A stretch of 64,000 nt of DNA from Thecamonas trahens ATCC 50062. Its lineage: Eukaryota > Protista > Apusomonadida. The notes beneath the pieces were generated by a model. The model ran no database searches and was not told the DNA's origin. It saw only the letters and a program-made list of their open reading frames with translations. The translations under genes were made by a program, and so were the position numbers. The stretch lies in contig NW_013657653.1 of assembly GCF_000142905.1 (NCBI RefSeq), positions 352,392-416,391 of the forward strand, in the 5' to 3' direction. Below are positions 21,014-31,964 of this stretch, piece by piece (positions within the stretch are counted from its first letter, which is position 1; each line of letters begins with the position of its first letter).

Positions 21014-23529
21014 TTAGGAGTAAAGCGGAACGGCGCCGCGCGAGAGCGAGCGCATCGGCATGTGCGGCGGAGGCGGCTGGCGGTCGGCGAGGCGGCCGTC
21101 AAGCGCAGTGAGCGGGCGGTAGTTGGCAAGGCTCGAGCGCTCGGCATACGGTTCGAGTGGGACAAAGTGTCGCGGGCGCTGGTCCTGGACCTGGCGGACG
21201 ACCCGGCGCGGATGCGGCGGTGCCCAAGCGGCGGATGGGCCCGGAGCGTGCGGCGGGTGGAGCCAGCCGGGCGACGGCGAGCGCGAGCCGGAGCGCGAAC
21301 GATCGCGCCCGCGTGAGTGGCGGCGGGCATCGACAGGCGCGCCGGGCGTGTACGGTGACGGCGAGGGGAAGCGGTAGCGGAGCGGTGAGGCCGGGCGAGA
21401 GGCGCGCGACTCGCCCTTGCGCGAGCTCTTCAGCGAGCGTGCACGCTTAGATGAGGCAGGCGGCAGGAGGTCGGTGGGAGGCGGGAGGCGGCCGATGCGG
21501 GAGCGGGAGCGGGAGCGCGACCGTTCACGTTCCTGCTCGCGATCGCGCGAGCGTGAGCGAGCACGGTGATGGCCGGTTGGCTTGTGGGTATGGCGGCGGC
21601 GGCGGCGGCGGCGACGGGTGGTCGATGTCTGCGAGCGCGGGTGGCTGCTGCGCGAGGCGGCCGGCGGCGGCGGCGGGGCCTGGGCCTCCTTGAGGAATGC
21701 CTTGACGGTCGGGTCGAGCTCGGGCTCGGCCGAGGGTGCGCGGTGCGAGAGCGAGAGCGGGCGGATGGCGAGATGCGAGTCCGAGTCCTCTGAGGCCGTG
21801 AGGGTCTCGACGTCGGCGACCTTGGAATTGTGCTTGGCGACGACGGCGTCCCACTTTGCGCGGACCGGGTCAAAGTAGGGATGGGCGAGCGCGTCAGCGG
21901 CGGTGAAGCGGTGCTCGGGATCGTAGACGAGGATGGAAGAGAGGAGGTCGATGGCGTCCGGGACGGCGAGGTGGCGGTTGCCCGACGAGGCAAGCTTGGA
22001 GAAGCGGCGTCGCGTGGGCTTGATGCCGGGCTCGTAGGCAATGAGAGCCGCGGGCGAGTACTTTTCGTCGTTGTCAAAGCCGTAGCGGGCGCGGAACTTG
22101 CGGTAGTCGTGCATGCCGAGGAACTTGACGATGACGGCCAGCTGGGCGACGTTTGCAGCGTCGCGGTCTTCGTAGTGGCGGGCGTGGAAGAGCGGGTAGC
22201 GGGCAAAGAGGAGCGAGCCCATGACACAGCCAAAGGCCCACATATCGACGGCGTAGTCGTAGTACTTGTAGTGGTGGAACATTTCTGGCGCACGGTAGGG
22301 CCGGGTGCCGGGCCACTTGCGGAACTTGCGGCCACGGATGTAAAAGGCGCCAAAACCCCAGTCGATGAGCCGGAACATTGACGTCGCCGGGTTGTACAGG
22401 ATGTTGCGGGCTTTGACGTCGCGGTGGATGATGCCGCGCGAGTGGGTGTAGTCGAGAGCGAGTAGGGCCTGGTAGAGGTAGGAGCGCGCGTCGAGGTCGT
22501 CAAAGGTCTTGAACGAGTGGCGGTAGTCAGGGTTCTCCACATAGTCAAAGACGAGGGCCTTGACCTTGCGGACCGGGTCGACAAACGTGTCGCGGAGGTC
22601 GATGATGTGGTAGCCCTTGCGGAGGAGGCGGAGCATGCGGATTTCGTTCTTGACCAAGTACGGGTTCTCCTTCTCGGGCTTGATAGTCTTGATGACCAGT
22701 CTCTTCCCGGTCTCGCGGTCCTTGGCAAGGTACACGTCGCCAAAGCCGCCAGACCCGACCTTCTTGTCCCACAGGATCTTGTACCGCGACGACGACGACC
22801 ACCGCAGCTGGTAGCCCGGAATGTCGTAGCGGGAGCGATTGCTGGCAAACTCGTCGTTGACGTGGGCATAGACTTGGGCGGTGTGACTCGGCGGCAGTTG
22901 CTCGCTCAGCTGAGAGAAGACCGACTCGGAGGACTCGGGCATCGTCGACGACGTGTCGGACGAGACCGTTACTGACGAGAGCGATGAAAGCAAGTTGGAC
23001 GAGTCCAGCTCGGACGCCAGCTTTGAGACCAGCGACGTTGCCAGCTCAGATTCCAGCGGCGATGATGCTGACGACTCAGACGATTCCGACCGAAGTCCGC
23101 GCCCGGTCTTTCCGGCTCTCCGAGGCACAACTGCCAGCGACGACGACGACGATGATGGCGACGACGACGACGATGACGAGACAAGCGGCGTGGGAAGCGA
23201 GGAGGGCGACGAGCGCTTGCGTCGCCTACGCCGTCTGCGCCGCTTTGTGTGCGACCGCACTTGCGTCACCGACTCGGGCGAGGGCGAGCGAAACGAGTCC
23301 ATGTGAGACGACGACGACGTTCTCTTCCGCGACTTTGACGGCTTTGCCGACTTTGACGGCTTTGCCAACTTGGCATGTTTGGCCGACTTGACCGACTTGG
23401 CGCCCTTCCTTCGTCTCGGCTTGGCAGAGCCCTTGTGGGCAAGGAGGTGAGTGGTGGTGGTGGGCCGGAGCGTTCAGGGGGTAGAGGGGAGGGGGGGGGG
23501 GCTATGGGGAAGAGCATGCGTACTGCCAT
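21014..23529 (-). CDS. Divergent casein kinase 2 alpha-like kinase with Ser-rich N-terminus and RS-rich C-terminus; complement(join(21014..23431,23524..23529))
   Basis: CK2-type RLIDWG, ALVFDYV, HSRGIIHRDVK, YDYAVDMW and FTAADALAHPYF. ATGGCA|GTACGC...AAG splices in frame. Confidence 0.85.
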
Positions 23530-23857
23530 GATAGAGTGGCAGTGGTGGTGGTGGTGGTGGTGGTGGTGGTGGTGGTGGTGGGTGGAGTGGGTGGAGTGGG
23601 TGCGGGGTGTACTCTGGCGTGGCAGGCAGTCGTCGGCGAGCGAGTGGCCGGCAAGCGAGTGGTTGGCCGGCTGGTGCCAAGTCGGTGGTTGGCGCCAAGT
23701 CGGCGAGGTGGGCGGGCGCGCGCGCGCCAAGTCGGCCAGGTTGCGTTCGGGCTTGGGGTAGGGCTTGGGTTTTGGGCTTGGGCTTGGGCTTGGGCTTGGT
23801 CTTGGGCTTGGTCTTGGGCTCGGGACCACAGCTCTACGTTCTGTGGCCACACCGTTT

Positions 23858-24937
23858 ATGCGTCGACTGGGAGGTTCTGTGGTTGTACGCCTGCCGCTGG
23901 CGGTGGTGATGGCTGTGGGCGTGCTGGGCGTGACAGGGGTGGCGGCGGTGACCCTGGCCAGTTGGCGGTGGCGGCGGGAGGATGAGGCGGATGGGGACGG
24001 TGGGACGACAAAGAAGAAGGCGGCGGCGGATGGAAGCGTGGCACGTCAGGAAAGATCGGCTGGAGCGACGGCGGCGTATGGCTTTGTGGCGGATGCGGAT
24101 GTGAGCAATGGGAGTCTTGCGCCCATGGCGCTTGCGGCCGAGTCCGAGGCTGCGCAAAAGGCGCTGATGGAGGCGGAGGGATGGGTGAGGGATGAGCCAG
24201 TGTGGGCGGGGTGGGTGGAGCAAGGCGGATCAGTGTGTGCGGCGGCGGCGGTGGCGGGCGCGTGGAACGCTGCCCACGGCCAGAGCCTTGTGGCTCACTT
24301 GGGCAAGCCGGCGCACGGTCTCGCACTGTGCACCCGCGACGTGCTTGACGTGTACGAGGCCATGCTTGGGAAGAAGGGCGGGAGCAAGCTCTACCGCAAC
24401 AAGGCCAACACCAAGGCAAAGATGTCGACGTGGTGCATCGGCAACGACAAGATTATCCGGGCGGTCAAGTCCGCGCACACCAAGGTCCGCAACGGGAACA
24501 CCCACCTGCGGACGACGGCGCGGACGTACATCAACACCAAAGAGCTCGACAAGACCGGAGAGGCACCGGAGCGCAATCATGCAGCATGGGAGGCAGTCAA
24601 GACCGCGCTGGCGACGCCGCGAGTCGTGCTCCTCTTCCACACCAAGAATCACTACTGCCTCATCTCGGCCTGGCGCGAGGTCCGCGACGATGAGTCTGGT
24701 ACGCTCCGCCGCCAGCTCATGTTTGCGCCCAAGGGCCAGCGCCCGGACCGGGTCATCGACTGGGACGACGTCGTCCGCATCATCACCCACTACAAGACGT
24801 ACAAAATACTGCGCATCGAGGGCTACTCGGTGACCGACCCGGCCATGGCCATGTCGGACGACGCGCTGCCGCCGTCGTCCGAGGCCGGTGATGTGCCGGT
24901 GGTGTGGATGGGAGCTGACGGTGAGGCCGCAAAGTAG
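23858..24937 (+). CDS. Membrane-anchored BIVM-like / papain-fold (peptidase C39-like) protein
   Basis: N-terminal hydrophobic anchor. EQGGSVCAAAAVAGAWN (Q..C helix), IGN, LLFHTKNHYCLI (His) and IDWDDV recall the BIVM-type Cys-His arrangement. Confidence 0.5.
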   Translation: MRRLGGSVVVRLPLAVVMAVGVLGVTGVAAVTLASWRWRREDEADGDGGTTKKKAAADGSVARQERSAGATAAYGFVADADVSNGSLAPMALAAESEAAQKALMEAEGWVRDEPVWAGWVEQGGSVCAAAAVAGAWNAAHGQSLVAHLGKPAHGLALCTRDVLDVYEAMLGKKGGSKLYRNKANTKAKMSTWCIGNDKIIRAVKSAHTKVRNGNTHLRTTARTYINTKELDKTGEAPERNHAAWEAVKTALATPRVVLLFHTKNHYCLISAWREVRDDESGTLRRQLMFAPKGQRPDRVIDWDDVVRIITHYKTYKILRIEGYSVTDPAMAMSDDALPPSSEAGDVPVVWMGADGEAAK

Positions 24938-24958
24938 AGCTGCTTTAAAGCGCGGCCG

Positions 24959-26433
24959 CTACAAGAGCGGCGCCAGCACGTCGTCGTCGGAAGAGAGACC
25001 GAGATCAAGGCTTGCGAGCGCAGGAGCCGGCGAGGCGTGCTGAGGAGAGGCCTGAGGAGAGTCGCTGCCCTCGGCACCGCCTGCGGCGCCGGTGTCGACA
25101 GGAACATCGTGTTGAGCGCCGGGCGCGTCGTCAGCGCCGGCATCACGAGCAACATCGGCGTCATACTCGGCTTCAGACTCGGCGTCAGACTCGGAGGGTG
25201 GCGAGAGCGCGCCGCGGCAGGTCGGGCATTCGGCCTTGCGAGCGACCCACTCGGCGATGCAGTCTGCGTGGAAGACGTGCGAGCAGGGCAGGCGGCGCGA
25301 GGGCTCGCCGTCGACCAGATCCTCGAGGCAGATGACACAGGTGTCGGGCGCGTCAGCAGTGAGCGGGAGTTCGTAGGGGCTCGCGGGCGCCAGCGCTTCC
25401 AGGGCGCGGACGGAGAGGGTGGGCGGGCCAGAGGCGTCAGCGTCAGCAGCGGCGGCGCGCTGGGCCTGGATGGAGCGGTCGAGGGCGGCGAGGGTGTAGG
25501 AGACAGCCATGATCCAGAGAGCAAAGCTGACGACAAAGAGCGGGACGCCAATCCAGAGCGGAATAAACGCGGCGCGAAGTGAGTACGCGGCCGGATGCCG
25601 GAGCTTGTAGGCGACAGTGGCGATGAGGGCGACCCAGGTGGCGAGGATGTCGACAATGACAAACGAGAGGAGGCGGCCGATGGCCGGCGACGACTGGAGA
25701 AGGAACGTGATCGACGCGCCGGTGACTGCGCGGTCCGACGTGTCGAGGCCGACCGAGAGCAGCTGAAAGAGAAGGGCGTGGATGATGCGGCGCCACTGGA
25801 GCGGCCAGATGACAAGCAGTGTCACCGGGATGTAGGCGAGGGCGAGCGCCGGGGCGGCCCAGGCGAGGTGCGAGGCGCCGTCGACCCGCAGCGCAACAAG
25901 AAGCGATGCAACCCAGGCAAAGAGAGCCATGGCCGCCGACGTTGCCGAGACCAGGTTCCATCCCGAGTAGTAGCGGTACGAGTACGAGGTTGCGGCAGCA
26001 GTGGCGATGGCGGCCGGGAGCGCCAGCAGCAGCACGAGCGAGGCAGAGACCGCGCCCGAGACACGGACGAGGACGCCGAGCTCAGCCAAAAAGCAGCAGC
26101 AAAAGCCAGCGCATGCATCGCCGTCAGATCAGAGCGGAAGACGCCTCTGATGCGAATGCCTCGGCAGGTGCACATGCAGGTCATGGCGAGCGCCGGGAGG
26201 AAGACAGTAGGCCAGGGCCACGAGAGCAAGCCATCGACCTTGAGAGCAAGCAGGAGCGGGAAGAGGAGGAGCGAGAGGGTGATGACACCCAGGACGAGGA
26301 CACCAGCACACAGATACAAACAGGCCACCGTGAGAAGGACGCCAGGAGGAATGCCTTCGCCACGCGCCGCCCGGACCACTTCGGGCCGTCGCCGCCGCCG
26401 TCGTTGCCCCGGTTGACCGGTGGGTGCAAGCAT
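24959..26433 (-). CDS. Multi-pass TMEM185/TMEM60-like membrane protein with C-terminal RING-H2 E3 ligase (one apparent frameshift near 26090)
   Basis: Repeats LALKVDGLLSWPWPTVFLP, ALRVDG...W and AAFIPLW. RING-H2 CVICLEDL...LPCSHVFHADCIAEW...CPTC. The two ORFs join by one added T in a T5 run. Confidence 0.8.
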
Positions 26434-26505
26434 GGGTGAAGGGTATGAATATGTGTGTGTATGTGTGTGTGTGTGGGTGGGGGATAGTGGTGGTGGTGGT
26501 GGGTG

Positions 26506-26539
<34 letters not shown>

Positions 26540-26749
26540 TGTTGTTCGGGCGGAAGGAGGTAGGGTGCGAACCGAAGGCGACCGTGGTGCGGGTGGTGTG
26601 GTTGTCGTCGCGCGGGGAAGCTGGTGTGAAACTATGGGACGATGGATGGATGATCGGGTATGGGCTGCAGCAGCTGCTCGATCATGGTGTGTGTGTGGCT
26701 AGTTGGATAGCTAGCAGTGTGGTAGGTGTGCAGGTGGATTGGGTGGCGT

Positions 26750-28192
26750 TCATTGCATGGGCCGGAGGGTGCGGGCGGCGGGCGAGGTGGGCGAGCAATG
26801 GGTCGGGTGGTGAGCACCGGATGGGGTGCCTGGCGTATGGCTTGGCGGCGGGATGGCCGAAGGAGAGGACGCCGGTGACATCGAGCTCTCCCAAAGCGAG
26901 AGGATAAAGCGGTGGACTGCGTGAGAGGCATAAAAGGTGCGGATGGTGGCAAAGACGTCAAAGGCGTGGGCGGCGCCCGGGAGGACAATGAGCGGACACG
27001 GTTTTCCGGTGACCTGGGCGTAGCGAGCAGCAAAGAGTTCGGAGAACGGAAGCTCGACAAGGTTGTCGCTGTCGCCGTGAATGAGAAGGCCTGGCGGCGC
27101 TGCTGCGGTGATCTGGCAGTACGGCGAGGCGAGGTCCCACAGCTCGGGCGCGTCGGCCTTGGAGACCCGCATGAGGGTGTACTTGCAGAAGAGGTAGAAG
27201 CCCTTGTTGATGAGGCCAGAGGCGTTGGAGACATCAAGGACGCCGTAGTACGAGACAAAGCCCTGAACGCGCAGGTCATAGCCCTCAAAGCCAGGCTGCA
27301 GGTCCTTGCGGTGCGGAGTGAGGGCGAGCTCTGCGGCCAGGTGGCCGCCAGCCGAGCCGCCGATGACGACCACAAAGTCTGGGTCGCCACCGTGGCCCGC
27401 GATGTTGTCCTTGATCCAGCGGAGAGCGCGCTTGACGTCGATGAGCTGGGCTGGGAAGGCGAGGCCGTCGTGGAGAGTGGGCGCTGAGTGCATGGCGTAG
27501 TTGGCGTTGACGGCGACAAAGCCGGCGAGCGCCAGGCTCGAGCACAGCGTCGCGCCGTGGATGTCCTTGGAGCCCGAGTGCCAGCCCCCGCCGTGGACAT
27601 AGAGGACAACCGGGCGTGGGGCGTTTGCCGCGACGGCCGGATCGAGGACGGCCGCCGGATGCGGGGCGCTGGCCGCGGTGTAGACATCGAGCTTCTTGTA
27701 CGGCTTGTATCGCGGCGGGGTGTTGCGGACTTCGTCGAGGGTTGCGTAGTGGATGTTGCGCACGACGTCGACACCCGAGGCGACAAGCGGGAACGGCAGA
27801 GCGGCATAGGTCAGGAGCTTGGCTGAGAGCAGCGACGGCGTCGGCAGTGCGGCGCGTACGCTCGGCGAGCTCGCCTCCGAGCACCGATCAACCGCCCGCT
27901 TGGCATACGACGAGAGAACAACACATCGCAGCAGCGCAGCAGCCACAAAACCGTGAGCTACCAGCCCTATTCGTCCAAGCCCGGTTGCCGTCAGCGGCGA
28001 GTAGAGCCAGAGCGCCCAGCCGATGAGCGCGTGGAGAGCAGCGAGGTGCGGGGCGAGCTCCGAGACAGCGAGGGCGACCCGAAAGGCGAGGAAGACCCAT
28101 TTGCCATGGAGAGGGGGGTGGTAGGTGACTGCCAGTGCACCTGTCCACATGCAGAGGTAGCCCCAATGGAGCCATGGCCAGGCTGAGTCCAT
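26750..28192 (-). CDS. Alpha/beta hydrolase (HSL-family esterase, LipQ/BD-FAE-like) with N-terminal TM segments
   Basis: HGGGW oxyanion motif, GGSAGGHL nucleophile elbow, HGDSDNLV (Asp) and GAAHAFD (His). Confidence 0.9.
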   Translation of the reverse strand: MDSAWPWLHWGYLCMWTGALAVTYHPPLHGKWVFLAFRVALAVSELAPHLAALHALIGWALWLYSPLTATGLGRIGLVAHGFVAAALLRCVVLSSYAKRAVDRCSEASSPSVRAALPTPSLLSAKLLTYAALPFPLVASGVDVVRNIHYATLDEVRNTPPRYKPYKKLDVYTAASAPHPAAVLDPAVAANAPRPVVLYVHGGGWHSGSKDIHGATLCSSLALAGFVAVNANYAMHSAPTLHDGLAFPAQLIDVKRALRWIKDNIAGHGGDPDFVVVIGGSAGGHLAAELALTPHRKDLQPGFEGYDLRVQGFVSYYGVLDVSNASGLINKGFYLFCKYTLMRVSKADAPELWDLASPYCQITAAAPPGLLIHGDSDNLVELPFSELFAARYAQVTGKPCPLIVLPGAAHAFDVFATIRTFYASHAVHRFILSLWESSMSPASSPSAIPPPSHTPGTPSGAHHPTHCSPTSPAARTLRPMQ

Positions 28193-28819
28193 GAGGGCGT
28201 GGGGTGTGGATTTTGGGGGGGGGGACGGGAGGGGGGGGGGGAGGGGGGTGGGGAGAGGGGTGATCGAGATCGGTCGTTATGGTGATGAGGATGTTGATGG
28301 GGGGATGTTGATGTTGATGGGGTTACTGATGGGGATGGGGATGGGGGTGGTGATGGGGGTGATGAGGGATGGGGATGGGGGGATGTGGATGGGGACGGTG
28401 ATGGGGTGATGGGGATGGGGGGGATGGCGATGGCGATGGGCTGGGCATGGTGGTGGTGATGGGCATGGTGATGGTGATGGTGATGGGGGGGGGGGATGGC
28501 GATGGCGATGGGCAGGGCATGGTGGTGGTGATGGTGATGATGGTGACGATGATGGATTGCATGGTGATGGTGGTGGTTCTACGCATCCTCTGTCCACGCA
28601 GCATTGCCATTGCCGCCGCCTCCAATCGCCCACCCGATCCCGACCGATCCCGGCCGTCGCTCCCTCGCTCTCCTCTCGTCCCCCCCCCCCCCCCCCCCCC
28701 ACCGCCCACGCGCACACGCCCACCCTCACCACCCCACCCCCTCACCCACTCTTCCACCCCATCCCATCTTCTCACCCATCTACCCATCTCTGTGCGGTGT
28801 CACATTCTCCGGCATCATC

Positions 28820-29737
28820 ATGGCAACCAACCCGTTCTACGCGTCAGCTGACCGCAGCCCGGACGAGGGACACGGCGGTGCCGAGCTGGACATCGATGCC
28901 TGTCCGGTGATGGGAAAGAAGCAGCGTGAAGAGCAGAGTGGTGGCAAGGGAGGAGCGACAACCACGGCAGAGGGTCAAGTCGGAAAGCCGCAGGTAGCTG
29001 CTGGTGGCGATGGGGGCTCGGGCAAGATCTGCCCGGTGACCGGCGCCGAGCTGGAGGCCGATGCCGAGGAGATCTCGCGGGCCGAGACGGTGACCGAAGG
29101 CCTCCGCAAGGCACCGTGGCCGCCGTCGCCCGACGATGAGGGCCCGTTCCTCACCGATACAGACGAGGCGCCTGCCGGGCTCTCCAACGTCGCTGTGGCG
29201 TCGACCATCCCGCGCGGCGACGGCGACGACGATCCGACGTGGACCTTCCCCTCGCCGGCACGGTTCTACAATGCCATGCGCCGCAAAGGCTGGGAGCCGT
29301 CCGAGGATGACATGGCTGCGGTTGTCTCCATCCACAACTCGATGAACGAGCTGACCTGGAGGCGGGTACTCGAGTACGAGCGCCTGCACGTGGCCGAGTG
29401 CTGCGAGCCCAAGCTCAAACGGTTCTTCCGGGTCTTTGGCTCGGACGACGACTGGTCGCCTAAAGCCCGTCTCAACGCCCTCATTGGCTACAAGAAGCCC
29501 TTTGACCGCCATGACTGGATCGTCGACCGCTGCGGAACCGAGGTCCGCTACATCATCGACTTTTACCCCGGCCGTCCGCTGCCCGGCACCAATCTCCCGG
29601 CCATCTACCTCGACGTCCGGCCTGCCCTTGACACCCCCTCGGCCCTCTTTGACCGTCTCCGCATGATGGCGTTCTCGTTCTTCCCCTCTCTTGCTCCAGA
29701 CGCCACCCCGAGCTCAGGCCCAAGTCCCACGCCGTGA
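28820..29737 (+). CDS. HCCS: Holocytochrome c synthase (cytochrome c heme lyase)
   Basis: Two CPV heme-regulatory motifs, WTFPSPARFYNAMRRKGW, IHNSMNE, PFDRHDWIVDRCG, VRYIIDFY and LDVRPALD. Confidence 0.96.
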   Translation: MATNPFYASADRSPDEGHGGAELDIDACPVMGKKQREEQSGGKGGATTTAEGQVGKPQVAAGGDGGSGKICPVTGAELEADAEEISRAETVTEGLRKAPWPPSPDDEGPFLTDTDEAPAGLSNVAVASTIPRGDGDDDPTWTFPSPARFYNAMRRKGWEPSEDDMAAVVSIHNSMNELTWRRVLEYERLHVAECCEPKLKRFFRVFGSDDDWSPKARLNALIGYKKPFDRHDWIVDRCGTEVRYIIDFYPGRPLPGTNLPAIYLDVRPALDTPSALFDRLRMMAFSFFPSLAPDATPSSGPSPTP

Positions 29738-29918
29738 TCCCCCCTCCCCCTCCCTCCTCCTCCTCCCGCCACCCGCCACCCCACCGCCCCACCATCCCGC
29801 TACCCCCGCCACTGCATAACACCGATCTGATCCCCTAATACCCTCTCTTGATCCCATCTCCCCCCCCTCCACCCCCCCCTCCCCTCCCACCACCAACGCG
29901 CCACACCCGTCTCGAGCA

Positions 29919-31964
29919 ATGGCTGCTGGCACACTCGAGCGGGCTGTACAACGGCTTGCGGCCAACTACGAAGAAGTGCTGGCCGCCAGCGAGTTGCACT
30001 ACATCTCGGCGGCTCCGCTCGAGTCGGACATGCTGGTGTGGCACGGCAACGTGGTGGCGGCGGACGGACCGTACGCCGGCATTGTTCTCCATCTCGTTCT
30101 CTCCTTCTCCACCGACTTTCCTGCATCGCCGCCGCGCATCAACCTCGCCACCTACGTCCTCCATCCCAATGTTGTCGATGACTACGTCTGTGCCGACTTT
30201 CTCCGCCTCTCGGACAAAGCCTACTCTGGCTGGTCCTCCGGCTACTCGGTCTTCACCATCCTCATGCAGCTGCAGTCGTTCCTCACCGATGGCGTCCGCA
30301 TTGCTGTCGCTGACAAGTCTTCCGACGATGTCGGTCCGTCGGGCGGCACCGTCTCCTTTGCCGTCTCCAAGAGCCAGCTGCGCCGGATGCGGGAGGAAGC
30401 CGCTGCACATACTTGCCTCTCGTGCGGCCACGCGCCCGGCGCGCCGCATCCACCCATCCCCGCCCTGGGCGGCAACTTGGCCGCAAGTGCAGGGTCGGAC
30501 CTTGCGCAGCGGCTGCTCTCGTCGGATTTGCATCGGCTCCGGCTCAACTCGCGGTGTTTCTTCTCCAAGGCCACCTACCGCGACGCGGTGCTCGGCTACG
30601 GAGTCTCAGTCGAGTACTACTCCAAGGCTTCGCGCCGGCGCGGCCGGAGGCGCTCGCCCATCAAGCGCATCCACACCGAGCTCGACATTTTGTCGTGGGC
30701 CGCGTTCTCGGCCGATGGCGTCCGCACGACGCCGGTGACCAAGCGGGCGTTTTCCCACTTTATGCCGATGTATATCAACAGCGACCACGGCGGACGGGCG
30801 TACGACATTGTGCGGACGTCGATGGCGCGGATGTGCAAACCACGGCCCGAACACATACCGGCGTTCCAGCCGCCGATGGCGCTCGACGTCTTGCCGGCGC
30901 TGATGGACACCACCGTGGTCAGCGTCATGTCGAGTGACGAGGTCATGTCGTGGCGCCGGCTCGAGGGCTACTGTATCTTTCACCGGTGGATGATCTACTT
31001 TGCGGCCGAGTACCCCGAGCTGAGCGAGGCGGCGTCGAAGCTCATTGCCGCCTTTAAGCTCAAGCCAGAGTCGCGGACCAAGGCAGTTGTTCCGTCGCTC
31101 GGCTACTTCATTCCGCTCCTCACCATCACCGACCACGCCTTTGACGACATCCGCGAAGAGTATGTCGGCGAGTCACTGGTTCGCAACGTCTTCTGGGCCG
31201 TCTCCAAGTACCCGCAGCTGGCGTACGCTGATGATCACGACGCCCGCGGCGAGCCCTTTGACCGCCTCGCCCTCACCTTTGACGCCAACGCCGTCTCGCT
31301 CCGTCACCTCTGCTTCCACGTCTACTTTTCCAAGACCTTTGCGTCGTCGGTCGACCGCGCCGCTACCGCCCGCGACTACGATGCCCTCCTCGGCCGCCCG
31401 CCCGAGGGCGCCCGCGAAGCGTTGCGCCTCGAGTGCGAGCGCATTCGCGCCATTCCCGACTTTGAGTCGCTCTTTGCCCACATCGGCTTTCCGCTCTCCC
31501 GAAACGAGATCCACGACTGGCTCCTCCTCGCCCTTCACGAGTCGCTTGATCGCGACTACCATCGTGCGCCACGCCCACGTCCCTCGGCCAACAGCCTCTC
31601 CCCTAGGTCGCCCGCGTCCGCACAAGCCTCGCGCGCTGACGGCTCCAGCGACTGGCGCCGCCGCGATCGTCCGTCCCAGCCCAAGTCTGGGCGCAAGCGG
31701 CGGCGTCGACCGCGGTCTCTCGCCCGCGGCTCTGCTCCAGCCACCACCACTGCTACTGCTACTGCTACTGCTACCGCCACCTCCACTCTCGCTCCTCACG
31801 ATTTTGCGTCTCTCCCTGCTCCGCTCGGCTCTCGATCGGCATCCAGCCCAGGATCCGAGTCGGACACCGGCACCAGCAGCGGCTTTGCTACCGCGCCCTA
31901 CGAGTTTGATGCCTCTGTCAACGGCAGCAGCTCGACCGATGGCGACTTTTACTCTTGCGAGTAA
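29919..31964 (+). CDS. Ubiquitin-conjugating (E2/UBC) domain fused to a large uncharacterised C-terminal region
   Basis: WHGNV...GPYAG...FPASPP...HPNV...VCADFL...GWSSGYSVFTILMQLQSFL is a UBC fold with catalytic Cys. It is followed by CxxCGH...PHP and a ~350-aa globular region. Confidence 0.85.
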   Translation: MAAGTLERAVQRLAANYEEVLAASELHYISAAPLESDMLVWHGNVVAADGPYAGIVLHLVLSFSTDFPASPPRINLATYVLHPNVVDDYVCADFLRLSDKAYSGWSSGYSVFTILMQLQSFLTDGVRIAVADKSSDDVGPSGGTVSFAVSKSQLRRMREEAAAHTCLSCGHAPGAPHPPIPALGGNLAASAGSDLAQRLLSSDLHRLRLNSRCFFSKATYRDAVLGYGVSVEYYSKASRRRGRRRSPIKRIHTELDILSWAAFSADGVRTTPVTKRAFSHFMPMYINSDHGGRAYDIVRTSMARMCKPRPEHIPAFQPPMALDVLPALMDTTVVSVMSSDEVMSWRRLEGYCIFHRWMIYFAAEYPELSEAASKLIAAFKLKPESRTKAVVPSLGYFIPLLTITDHAFDDIREEYVGESLVRNVFWAVSKYPQLAYADDHDARGEPFDRLALTFDANAVSLRHLCFHVYFSKTFASSVDRAATARDYDALLGRPPEGAREALRLECERIRAIPDFESLFAHIGFPLSRNEIHDWLLLALHESLDRDYHRAPRPRPSANSLSPRSPASAQASRADGSSDWRRRDRPSQPKSGRKRRRRPRSLARGSAPATTTATATATATATSTLAPHDFASLPAPLGSRSASSPGSESDTGTSSGFATAPYEFDASVNGSSSTDGDFYSCE

